Below, piece by piece: positions 1 to 10,284 of a stretch of 64,000 bases of DNA. This DNA comes from Eledone cirrhosa. Lineage: Eukaryota. The first letter of the stretch is position 1; every line of letters begins with the position of its first letter. The notes below the pieces were generated by a model. It had not been told where the DNA came from, ran no database searches, and worked only from the letters and a program-made list of their open reading frames with translations. The position numbers and the translations under genes were made by a program. Location of the stretch: assembly GCA_964016885.1 (NCBI GenBank), contig OZ024752.1:20584001-20648000 (forward strand). Direction: 5' to 3'.

Positions 1-3000
1 TGTAGGTTGTGGTTGTGTGATAGTGGTGGTAATGTTATGGTGTAGGTTGTGGTTGTGTGTTAGTGGTGGTAATGTTATGGTGTAGGTTGTGGTTGTGTTA
101 GTGGTGGTAATGTTATGGTGTAGGTTGTGGTTGTGTTAGTGGTGGTAATGTTATGGTGTAGGTTGTGGTTGTGTTAGTGGTGGTAATGTTATGGTGTAGG
201 TTGTGGTTGTGTGATGGTGTAGGTTGTGGTTGTGTTAGTGGTGGTAATGTTATGGTGTAGGTTGTGGTTGTGTGATGGTGTTGGTTGTGTTAGTGGTGGT
301 AATGTTATGGTGTAGGTTGTGGTTGTGTTAGTGGTGGTAATGTTATGGTGTAGGTTGTGGTTGTGTGATAGTGGTGGTAATGTTATGGTGTAGGTTGTGG
401 TTGTGTGTTAGTGGTGGTAATGTTATGGTGTAGGTTGTGGTTGTGTTAGTGGTGGTAATGTTATGGTGTAGGTTGTGGTTGTGTGATAGTGGTGGTAATG
501 TTATGGTGTATGTTGTGGTTGTGTGATGGTGTTGGTTTTGTTAGTGGTGGTAATGTTATGGTGTAGGTTGTGGTTGTGTTAGTGGTGGTAATGTTATGGT
601 GTAGGTTGTGGTTGTGTGATAGTGGTGGTAATGTTATGGTGTAGGTTGTGGTTGTGTGTTAGTGGTGGTAATGTTATGGTGTAGGTTGTGGTTGTGTTAG
701 TGGTGGTAATGTTATGGTGTAGGTTGTGGTTGTGTTAGTGGTGCTAATGTTATGGTGTAGGTTGTGGTTGTGTGATAGTGGTGGTAATGTTATGGTGTAT
801 GTTGTGGTTGTGTGATGGTGTTGGTTTTGTTAGTGGTGGTAATGTTATGGTGTAGGTTGTGGTTGTGTTAGTGGTGGTAATGTTATGGTGTAGGTTGTGG
901 TTGTGTGATAGTGGTGGTAATGTTATGGTGTAGGTTGTGGTTGTGTGTTAGTGGTGGTAATGTTATGGTGTAGGTTGTGGTTGTGTTAGTGGTGGTAATG
1001 TTATGGTGTAGGTTGTGGTTGTGTTAGTGGTGCTAATGTTATGGTGTAGGTTGTGGTTGTGTTAGTGGTGGTAATGTTATGGTGTAGGTTGTGGTTGTGT
1101 TAGTGGTGGTAATGTTATGGTGTAGGTTGTGGTTGTGTTAGTGGTGGTAATGTTATGGTGTAGGTTGTGGTTGTGTGATAGTGGTGGTAATGTTATGGTG
1201 TAGGTTGTGGTTGTGTTAGTGGTGCTAATGTTATGGTGTAGGTTGTGGTTGTGTTAGTGGTGGTAATGTTATGGTGTAGGTTGTGGTTTTGTTAGTGGTG
1301 GTAATGTTATGGTGTAGGTTGTGGTTGTGTGAGGGTGTTGGTTGTGTTAGTGGTGGTAATGTTATGGTGTAGGTTGTGGTTGTGTGATGGTGTTGGTAAT
1401 GTTATGGTGTAGGTTGTGGTTGTGTTAGTGGTGGTAATGTTATGGTGTTGGTTGTGGTTGTGTTAGTGGTGGTAATGTTATGGTGTTGGTTGTGGTTGTG
1501 TTAGTGGTGGTAATGTTATGGTGTTGGTTGTGGTTGTGTGATGGTGTAGGTTGTGTTAGTGGTGGTAATGTTATGGTGTAGGTTGTGGTTGTGTTAGTGG
1601 TGGTAATGTTATGGTGTTGGTTGTGGTTGTGTGATGGTGTAGGTTGTGTTAGTGGTGGTAATGTTATGGTGTAGGTTGTGGTTGTGTTAGTGGTGGTAAT
1701 GTTATGGTGTAGGTTGTGGTTGTGTGATGGTGTTGGTTGTGTTAGTGGTGGTAATGTTATGGTGTAGGTTGTGGTTGTGTTAGTGGTGCTAATGTTATGG
1801 TGTAGGTTGTGGTTGTGTGATGGTGTAGGTTGTGGTTGTGTTAGTGGTGGTAATGTTATGGTGTAGGTTGTGGTTGTGTGATAGTGGTGGTAATGTTATG
1901 GTGTAGGTTGTGGTTGTGTGTTAGTGGTGGTAATGTTATGGTGTAGGTTGTGGTTGTGTTAGTGGTGGTAATGTTATGGTGTAGGTTGTGGTTGTGTTAG
2001 TGGTGCTAATGTTATGGTGTAGGTTGTGGTTGTGTTAGTGGTGGTAATGTTATGGTGTAGGTTGTGGTTGTGTTAGTGGTGGTAATGTTATGGTGTAGGT
2101 TGTGGTTGTGTTAGTGGTGGTAATGTTATGGTGTAGGTTGTGGTTGTGTGATAGTGGTGGTAATGTTATGGTGTAGGTTGTGGTTGTGTTAGTGGTGCTA
2201 ATGTTATGGTGTAGGTTGTGGTTGTGTTAGTGGTGGTAATGTTATGGTGTAGGTTGTGGTTTTGTTAGTGGTGGTAATGTTATGGTGTAGGTTGTGGTTG
2301 TGTGAGGGTGTTGGTTGTGTTAGTGGTGGTAATGTTATGGTGTAGGTTGTGGTTGTGTGATGGTGTTGGTAATGTTATGGTGTAGGTTGTGGTTGTGTTA
2401 GTGGTGGTAATGTTATGGTGTTGGTTGTGGTTGTGTTAGTGGTGGTAATGTTATGGTGTTGGTTGTGGTTGTGTTAGTGGTGGTAATGTTATGGTGTTGG
2501 TTGTGGTTGTGTGATGGTGTAGGTTGTGTTAGTGGTGGTAATGTTATGGTGTAGGTTGTGGTTGTGTTAGTGGTGGTAATGTTATGGTGTTGGTTGTGGT
2601 TGTGTGATGGTGTAGGTTGTGTTAGTGGTGGTAATGTTATGGTGTAGGTTGTGGTTGTGTTAGTGGTGGTAATGTTATGGTGTAGGTTGTGGTTGTGTGA
2701 TGGTGTTGGTTGTGTTAGTGGTGGTAATGTTATGGTGTAGGTTGTGGTTGTGTTAGTGGTGCTAATGTTATGGTGTAGGTTGTGGTTGTGTGATGGTGTA
2801 GGTTGTGGTTGTGTTAGTGGTGGTAATGTTATGGTGTAGGTTGTGGTTGTGTTAGAGGTGGTAATGTTATGGTGTAGGTTGTGGTTGTGTTAGTGGTGGT
2901 AATGTTATGGTGTAGGTTGTGGTTGTGTTAGTGGTGGTAATGTTATGGTGTAGGTTGTGGTTGTGTTAATGTTATGGTGTAGGTTGTGGTTGTGTTAGTG

Positions 3001-4020
3001 GTGGTAATGTTATTGTGTAGGTTGTGGTTGTGTGATGGTGTTGGTTGTGTTAGTGGTGGTAATGTTATGGTGTAGGTTGTGGTTGTGTTAATGTTATGGT
3101 GTAGGTTGTGGTTGTGTTAGTGGTGGTAATGTTATGGTGTAGGTTGTGGTTGTGTTAATGTTATGGTGTAGGTTGTGGTTGTGTTAGTGGTGGTAATGTT
3201 ATTGTGTAGGTTGTGGTTGTGTGATGGTGTTGGTTGTGTTAGTGGTGGTAATGTTATGGTGTAGGTTGTGGTTGTGTTAGTGGTGGTAATGTTATGGTGT
3301 AGGTTGTGGTTGTGTTAGTGGTGCTAATGTTATGGTGTAGGTTGTGGTTGTGTTAATGTTATGGTGTAGGTTGTGGTTGTGTTAGTGGTGGTAATGTTAT
3401 TGTGTAGGTTGTGGTTGTGTGATGGTGTTGGTTGTGTTAGTGGTGGTAATGTTATGGTGTAGGTTGTGGTTGTGTTAGTGGTGGTAATGTTATGGTGTAG
3501 GTTGTGGTTTTGTTAGTGGTGGTAATGTTATGGTGTAGGTTGTGGTTGTGTGATGGTGTTGGTTGTGTTAGTGGTGGTAATGTTATGGTGTAGGTTGCGG
3601 TTGTGTTAGTGGTGGTAATGTTATGGTGTAGGTTGTGGTTTTGTTAGTGGTGGTAATGTTATGGTGTAGGTTGTGGTTGTGTGATGGTGTTGGTTGTGTT
3701 AGTGGTGGTGGTAGTGGTGTAGGTTGTGGTTGTGTGATGGTGGTGGTAATGTTATGGTGTAGGTTGTGGTTGTGTTAGTGGTGGTAATGTTATGGTGTAG
3801 GTTGTGGTTGTGTGAGGGTGTTGGTTGTGTTAGTGGTGGTAATGTTATGGTTGTGTGATGGTGTTGGTTGTGTTAGTGGTGGTAATGTTATGGTGTAGGT
3901 TGTGGTTGTGTGAGGGTGTAGGTTGTGTTAGTGGTGGTAATTTTATGGTGTAGGTTGTGGTTGTGTTAGTGGTGGTAATGTTATTGTGTAGGTTGTGGTT
4001 GTGTTAGTGGTGGTAATGTT
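1..4020. repeat. GT-rich minisatellite, 38-bp consensus TGTAGGTTGTGGTTGTGTTAGTGGTGGTAATGTTATGG (about 100 units, runs off the window start)
   Basis: Unit period read directly (81-118, next unit at 119). 40-bp and shortened variants are present. The + strand almost lacks C. Variant markers recur at a 973-bp offset (1031/2004, 1331/2304). Confidence 0.97.
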
Positions 4021-4440
4021 GAATCTTCAGTAATGATCGAGTGCCGCAAGAATACGATTGCAAATACAAGCAGCCAAAATGGAGTTCCTCCAAAAGCTCT
4101 TTGGAGTAACGTTACTTGATAGAGTGAAAATAAGTTGGAGATGAGAGAGTTGCTCCAGGTAGAGCCGCTACTTCTCCAAATTGAGAGATCACAACTCTGG
4201 TACTATGGGCATGTTTTTAGAATGTCTCAAGAAATAATTGCTGGACAGATTTTACGGGCATACCAACCGGCAGGAGACCCAGGGGTAGACCTTGAGCAAG
4301 ATGGTTAGATAACATCCACGAGCTTGGCTTGGGGATCCTGTCGGATCAGTTGAAGATGGTTGCTCCTGACAGGACCCTCTCGAAGGAGTGTCTTAGGACT
4401 CAGACCCCACAACCATCTCAGGAATAAGTGGGCAAAGAAG
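4021..4440 (+). mobile_element. Degenerate 3' fragment of an RTE-clade (Expander/Rex3-like) LINE
   Basis: Frameshifted translation RLQIQAAKMEFLQKLFGVTLLDRV...LLQVEPLLLQIERSQLWYYGHVFRM...PTGRRPRGRP*ARWLD matches the RTE ORF C-terminus (W-x-GHVxRM, RPRGRP, RW). Confidence 0.85.
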
Positions 4441-4674
4441 AGCAACATCCTGCTATGATTTAGCTGAAAATATTTTTAAATGACTTCATTAATTCAAATG
4501 TTTTCAGTACCTTTATTAGTTGACAGATGGTTGTGAAAATTTGCAGTATTAGAGTAAAGTCTTCAATTTTTAATGGGAGGTAGTCATAGTGCTGTTTTCT
4601 ATTTTTCAAGTATGTCTTGCTCATGTGGTTTCATGTGGTATAGGACATTAAGAGTTAATTCATATCTGTTTTGC

Positions 4675-4770
4675 TTTTATTTTGTCTTAGATTGAAATTA
4701 AAGTTGAAGACATCATGGATGCCTTTTATTTTGTTAGATTGAAATTAAAGTGCAAGAGATCATGGATGCC
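4675..4770 (+). repeat. Tandem duplication of the intron/exon A junction; the two acceptors are 47 nt apart
   Basis: ttttattttgtcttag|attgaaattaaagttgaagacatcatggatgcc is followed by ttttattttgttag|attgaaattaaagtgcaagagatcatggatgcc. Confidence 0.9.
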
Positions 4771-4920
4771 AGCTGCTGCTGTTTGTCTGATGGTAACATT
4801 TTTGCTAAGATGTCTGTCAAGAAGAACCGCTTTGCTATTGGTGAAATAGTTGACTTTGATCTTGAATTATTGAACCGAAGTAATCGGAATATTTACTCAG
4901 GTAATCTACGCTTGCAACAG
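4738..4920 (+). CDS. Alpha-arrestin (ARRDC/TXNIP-like) internal coding exon A, start of the arrestin C-domain
   Basis: Acceptor ttttattttgttag|ATT, donor CAG|gtatgt, 183 nt, phase 0/0. Translates as IEIKVQEIMDASCCCLSDGNIFAKMSVKKNRFAIGEIVDFDLELLNRSNRNIYSGNLRLQQ, with the CCC..G, GE-I, N-x-S and L-x-Q pattern of Arrestin_C. Confidence 0.88.
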
Positions 4921-5031
4921 GTATGTTAATGTCATTTATCTTTCGTTTTCTCTCTCTCTGTCACCTTGCCTATATCTTTTTCTTAGCCTCTCTCTCTGTC
5001 ACACACTCTCTCTTACTTTGTCTATATCTTT

Positions 5032-5214
5032 GAGGGGATGGGCTTCACCAGGCTTAAAACGCCCAAGAAATGCATGTCAATGTGGTGCCCCTATGACTCC
5101 ATCAGGAATTACAGAACCATACCATAGACCCATAACTCCTGATGGAGTTTTAGGTATGATGTATTGACATAGAATGTTTCTTGGCCATTTTAAACCTGAC
5201 AGAGCTCATCCCTC
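5032..5214. repeat. About 183-bp imperfect inverted repeat (foldback/MITE-like)
   Basis: Left arm gaggggatgggct..caggcttaaaa..ccaagaaa..atgtcaat..actccatcagga pairs with right arm tcctgatggagt..attgacat..tttcttgg..ttttaaacctg..agctcatccctc. Confidence 0.8.
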
Positions 5215-5303
5215 TGAAAGTTTCAACTCAGCTGATTTCTTCCAGAGAAGGAAAGAGAGTGAGAGGAAGTGAAAAAGAGATATAGAAGAAGAATCATCAC
5301 TTA

Positions 5304-5441
5304 TACTGGACTGGTCTTTTTTTTATCAGGCTTGACAGGATGAAAGGTAAAGTTGACCATGGCAGGATTTGAACTCAGAGCATAGAGAGCCAAAATGAAT
5401 ATCACAAAGCATTCTATCCAAAGACACCAACCCGCTGCCAA
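5304..5441 (-). mobile_element. Degenerate tRNA-derived SINE copy
   Basis: Contains ggatgaaaggtaaagttgacc..ggatttgaactcaga, the reverse complement of the B box and body shared with the other copies. Confidence 0.7.
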
Positions 5442-5754
5442 AGTTTTTATATCTAAAAATATATCATTTATGTAACGACCTTTGTTATATTCCAAAGAAA
5501 ATTTGAGAAAGTTATATTACTAAATCCCTCAAAATTCTTGATTATTTTCAAAATTAAGTGAAAATCTTATACACCATTTTTGTTATTAGAAATATGCTAA
5601 CAAAAGGGTTCAATCACCACTACTATTCTAGTTTTTTTTATTTTTATAGTTATGTAAGATAAAGAATGAATCTATAAAGGGAGAAGTGCAGGACACCGTC
5701 CGTTTTATAATTTTTTATCCTGTTAGTAAAATAAGTTGGATCATTTTAAGTAAA

Positions 5755-5940
5755 TAATTGTTTCTACTTTTGGGACAAGGTCAGCAATTACCCAGTACAT
5801 TACTGGTACTTTATTTTATCGACCCCGTAAGGATGAAAGACAAAGTGAACCTCGGCGGGATTTGAACTCAGACCGTAAAGGGACGTAACTATGCTGGAAA
5901 GCATGGCGTCTGGCTCTCTACCGATACTGCCAATCCACCG
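5755..5940 (-). mobile_element. tRNA-derived SINE, near full length
   Basis: The reverse strand has A box TGGCAGTATCGG, B box GAGTTCAAATCC and body CTTTCATCCTTACGGGGTCGATAAAATAAAGTACCAGT. Flanked by direct repeat TTAAGTAAA. Confidence 0.88.
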
Positions 5941-5950
5941 GTTAAGTAAA

Positions 5951-6015
5951 TAATTGTTTCTAATTTAGGCACAAGGCCAGCAATTACCCAGTGCATTACT
6001 GGTACTTTATTTTAT
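5951..6015 (-). mobile_element. SINE 3' fragment
   Basis: taattgtttcta..cacaaggccagcaattacccagtgcattactggtactttattttat matches the 3' end of the family. Confidence 0.8.
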
Positions 6016-6799
6016 GTAATTTAGCTACTAAATTTTGTAGCTCTTGATTAAACATAAATATTTTTATAAAGTATTGCTTATTTTAAGATTCACTTCTTTA
6101 AAATTTTCAAATGTCAATACTTCTGGTTAGCGTCCGTATTACATTGCTTATATAAACGTTCATATATTTGCATCGTTATATAAGGTTTATATTTAGGTTG
6201 CTAATTTTCTCCTTTTTCATTTTCATAACATTTTAGTTTATTATATATGCAGTTTATATATAATATCGTCTTTTTTTTTAATGTATCATGGATTACTTTA
6301 CTGATTACAGAAGACAGTGTAACACAGTCTTTGTTCAATTTCTGTGCATATTGTCAATTACGATTTCATTTGACGTATCATATCTACATGTATACATACC
6401 TGTGTATAATATCAATATACACACTACACATGCTAGCAGAAAACCACTCAAAGGGTGGTTTTTCTTCTAGTGTTTGATAATAAAATAATTTTATTTCTGT
6501 AGTTAACTTGTTAAACAAACAACATATCTCAAGGGGCAGTTTGCCTTGGGGTTCCGGCTGACAGAATGGAGAAGACATTGTCCTGGGAGATGCGCTGTTC
6601 TAGTTGTTTATCCTTTAACCAAACCTCTGTCCAATTTTCACTAGAAACATTTCACAAATAGCTTGCAAATATATTATTTCTTATTCCTTTATAAGCAGTG
6701 AGAGTTATAACTATCCCCTTAATATCTTTGGATATGTTCATTAATTAAGGATCATAAATGTCTCCTTAACACCATTAGTGAGTTATAATTGATCACACG

Positions 6800-7110
6800 A
6801 TTTCACTTTCTTTTCTAATTTTTTATCTACTTTTTCTAATATAGGTCGTCTGCAATCTTCTTTTTCTGTCTTCTTTGCTCTACTTTCTCTTTTCTTCTAC
6901 AACCTTTCTCTATTTTCTCTTTTCTACCTTCCTCTGTCTTTTTATCTGTTTTCTTTTGTCTTCTGTAGTCTCATATCTCTTGTTTTCTAATTTCTGTCTT
7001 CTCTGTCTTATGTAGTCTTGTCTTATCCTCTCTCTTCTATCTTCTGTCATTTTCTGTTGTATTTTTCTTTGTTCTGCCTTCTATCTTTGTTCTTTCTTCC
7101 ATCCTCATTT
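6800..7110. repeat. CT-rich low-complexity tract
   Basis: Degenerate (TTC/TTTTC/TGTC)n pyrimidine-rich stretch. Confidence 0.7.
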
Positions 7111-7654
7111 AGTCTCACCAGTGAAGCCAAAGTACCATATATCTTACTGTTGGTTCAAAATAATGTAGACATTTCATTTATTTCAATGACCTTTTCTGGC
7201 ATTTCTCTGATAGTTGGAACTACTTAACACAAGTGTTGTCTTCAGTTTTAGGAGAATTTCTAGAAATAATTCAAGTGAACATTTTCACCAATTACTTTCC
7301 AATATATTTTTTCTGTTTTGTAATAAAATGTTTTTATTTGTAATTTGAAATGGTGAGATGGTATTGCTAAAATGTAAACTATGTTATCTTCTCATTATCT
7401 TTATACTTCATATTCATTCACCTACATTATAATTATCTAACTAGTCACACATACATCATAATGAAAAATAAATCTAAAACTGTCTCCTCTTTTATCATCA
7501 ATGGAACAACAGACTGCAGCAGTTGATATTTTCATTTCAATATTCCTGCAAAAACTTGTCAAAATTTAACAAACAATTTTGTATGTGCTAAGACCATGAT
7601 AAAAACAGACCTAGCAATCTCTGTAATGTAGTAGCACATGCTGGTACCACAATA

Positions 7655-7841
7655 TAATTGTTTCTACTTTTTGGCACAAGGCCAGCAATTACCCAGTGCA
7701 TTACTGGTACTTTATTTTATCGCCCCCGTAAGGATGAAAGGCAAAGTTAACCTCGGCCGGATTTGAACTCAGAATGGCAAGGGCCGTAACTCTATGCGTC
7801 AAAGCATGGCGTCCGACCCTCTACCGATACTGCCAATCCAC
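7655..7841 (-). mobile_element. tRNA-derived SINE, near full length
   Basis: Reverse complement of the 8004-8187 copy, with A/B boxes. Confidence 0.88.
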
Positions 7842-8003
7842 TCTTTTGTTTGCCCTTTTAAATACCTAAAGTGAAATGACCCTTATATTTTTGAAGCATA
7901 ATCACAGATTTGTGCTCCTGATTTCATTATCCTTAACATCCAGCAGACTTATGATTAAAAGCATCCCAGCTGTGACCACCTCATATTATTGGGAGTATAC
8001 AAG

Positions 8004-8187
8004 GGCGGTGGATTGACAGTATCGGTAGAGGGTCGGACGCCATGCTTTCCAGCATAGTTACGTCCCTTTACGATCTGAGTTCAAATCCCGCCGAGGTTGA
8101 CTTTGCCTTTCATCCTTACGGGGTCGATAAAATAAAGTACCAGTAATGCACTGGATAATTGCTGGCCTTGTGCCTAAAGTAGAAACA
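8004..8187 (+). mobile_element. Full-length young tRNA-derived SINE with 19-bp TSD
   Basis: GGCGGTGGATTGACAGTATCGG...GAGTTCAAATCCCGCC...GTAGAAACA. Perfect direct repeat ATTATTGGGAGTATACAAG at 7985-8003 and 8188-8206. Confidence 0.92.
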
Positions 8188-8394
8188 ATTATTGGGAGTA
8201 TACAAGACTACATTATCTATTGTGTCCTTTCCTTATTGAACTTCACAGGATGTGGTTTAAAGGAGATTAGGTTGCTATTTCTTGCATTATGGGTGACAAC
8301 ACAGAGGCCCCCTTATTGCCACAATTGTTGTAATGTCAGTTTATATTTTTGTGTTCCTTTCTACAAGGATATAACATTATTGTTGTTATTAAAG

Positions 8395-8620
8395 AATGGT
8401 GGATTGCCAGAATCATTACAACATCAGACATGTTTTGTGACATAAAATTATGGCCCTTTTCGTTCTGAGTTCAAATCCTATTCAGATTAGCTTTGCCTTT
8501 CATCCTTACAGGGTCGATAAAATAAAGGACCATTAACATACTGGGGTCGACTTAATCGACTTTCCCTTCCGTCAAAAAACTGACCTTGTGCCTATACTAG
8601 AAATCATTATTATTATTATT
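8395..8620 (+). mobile_element. Older, longer subfamily SINE copy with (TTA)n tail
   Basis: B box gagttcaaatcc and shared body, an extra ctggggtcgacttaatcgact segment and a cattattattattatt tail. Confidence 0.8.
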
Positions 8621-8623
8621 GTC

Positions 8624-8810
8624 CGTGGATTGGCAGTATCGGTAGAGGGTTGGACACCATGTTTTCTAGCATAGTTACGTCCCTTAACGGTCTGAGTTCA
8701 AATCCCGCCAAGGTCAACTTTGCCTTTCATCCTTACGAGGTCGATAAAATAAAGTACCAGTAATGCACTGGTTAATTGCTGGCCTTGTGCCAAATGTAGA
8801 AACAATTATT
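8624..8810 (+). mobile_element. tRNA-derived SINE, near full length
   Basis: gtggattggcagtatcggtagag...gagttcaaatcccgcc...gtagaaacaattatt. Confidence 0.88.
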
Positions 8811-8825
8811 AATATTTTTATTATT

Positions 8826-8969
8826 ACGATCCGAGTTCAAATCCCGCCAAGGTTAGCTTTGCCTTTCATCCTTACAGGGTTGATAAAATAAAGTACCAGT
8901 CACAATTTAATCGACTATTTCTCCCTCCAAAATTGCTGGCCTTGTGCCTATATAAGAAACCATTATTAT
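8826..8969 (+). mobile_element. 5'-truncated SINE ending about 30 nt before the exon B acceptor
   Basis: gagttcaaatcccgccaagg..gcctttcatccttac..aattgctggccttgtgcc..agaaaccattatt. Confidence 0.82.
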
Positions 8970-8998
8970 CACCACCTTGATTTTATTTCTTCTTCCAG

Positions 8999-9214
8999 AC
9001 AGTAGTATTTTCTGGTGAAAGAACTGATGGGGCACACCCTGATACATTTGGGTTCACTAAAGTGAAAAAAGAGAAGAATTACATTGATATTTTTACAGTT
9101 GGCAAAGTAAAACCATATGAACAGTATAAAGCAACAGAAAAAGTACGAATCCCTCCAGTTGCCACATCACATCTTGATGGCTGTGATTTTATCAATGTCA
9201 TCTACCGAGTCCAG
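8999..9214 (+). CDS. Alpha-arrestin internal coding exon B
   Basis: Acceptor ttttatttcttcttccag|ACA, donor CAG|gtaact, 216 nt, phase 0/0. Translates as TVVFSGERTDGAHPDTFGFTKVKKEKNYIDIFTVGKVKPYEQYKATEKVRIPPVATSHLDGCDFINVIYRVQ, with the IPP..S.L..C..I.V.Y motif of ARRDC proteins. Confidence 0.9.
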
Positions 9215-9245
9215 GTAACTGAGGTTAATTCTATCTTGTTATTTA

Positions 9246-9341
9246 TCACCACCACCACCACCATCATCATCATCACCACCACGACCATTATCATCAACAT
9301 TTAGTGTCTGTGTTACAATGCCTGCATGGGTTGGATGGTGT
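9246..9341 (-). mobile_element. RTE-type 3' tail remnant with (ATG/GTG)n microsatellite
   Basis: The reverse strand reads ccatccaacccatgcaggcattg..cagacactaaatg followed by (ATG/GTG)n, resembling the RTE 3' ends at about 62330 and 62720. Confidence 0.6.
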
Positions 9342-9916
9342 GTTACAGACCAAGTCAGTAAACTCTGATCCTCACTTACGCTAATTAAAGTCTACTGCTC
9401 CCTTACACTAGTCACACTATCTCCCTTACACTAGTCACACTATCTCCCTTACACTAGTCACACTATCTCCCTTACACTAGTTACACTATCTCCTCCCTTA
9501 CACTAGTTACACTATCTCCTCCCTTACACTAGTCACACTATCTCCCTTACACTAGTCACACTATCTCCCTTACACTAGTTACACTATCTCCTCCCTTACA
9601 CTAGTTACACTATCTCCTCCCTTACACTAGTCACACTATCTCTTCCCTTACACTAGTCACACTATCTCCCTTACACTAGTCACACTATCTCCTCCCTTAC
9701 ACTAGTTACACTATCTCCTCCCTTACACTAGTTACACTATCTCTTCCCTTACACTAGTCACACTATCTCCTCCCTTACACTAGTCACACTATCTCCCTTA
9801 CACTAGTTACACTATCTCCTCCCTTACACTAGTTACACTATCTCCTCCCTTACACTAGTTACACTATCTCCTCCCTTACACTAGTTACACTATCTCTTCC
9901 CTTACACTAGTTACAC

Positions 9917-10284
9917 TATAGCGAGATTACTGGTTGTATGAATGTAACAAAACGAGACAATGTTTGCGTATATAATATTTAATTAACGGTAGATAGAATA
10001 CTTGACATGTCAAAGATAGATGTTAGAATGAAACAAAGTTAGTAGTTACCGTTTTGATTGCCAGGCAAACGCGGCTGGCAGAGGGCGCCTGGCTAAGGCC
10101 AGGCGCCTGTTGGCCAAATTAATGGCAGAGCCAAATGAGAAGACTCTTGACCTGGTGCCGAAAAGGCAAAGAGAGAGGAAGGAAGCTTAACGTTGTTAGT
10201 TTTATAGGGCTCTGACCGGAAGTTGCAGAAAGGGTTCCACTTCCCGTCTAGATCCCAATCAAAACAAGGGAGACAACCGCTACA
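9917..10284 (-). repeat. Complete 3' LTR (368 bp)
   Basis: The minus strand has a TGTAGCGG start, GATTGG and CTTCCGG motifs, CCCTATAAAAC TATA box (10199-10209), ATTAAA (9978-9983), a GT-rich downstream element and a CGCTATA end. Confidence 0.8.

Noticed and set aside
1-4020. Telomere, or a mucin-like Thr/Pro/His coding repeat on the minus strand
   Set aside because: Not TTAGGG-based. The 38-bp unit shifts frame and contains stops, and the ORF track shows no ORF.
8004-8100. tRNA gene
   Set aside because: The A/B boxes belong to SINE heads; there is no convincing cloverleaf and the SINE body and TSD follow.
5301-8445. Short ORFs in the track (5301, 6247, 6288, 6384, 7018, 8146)
   Set aside because: AT-rich, low-complexity or SINE-derived intronic sequence with no recognisable domains.
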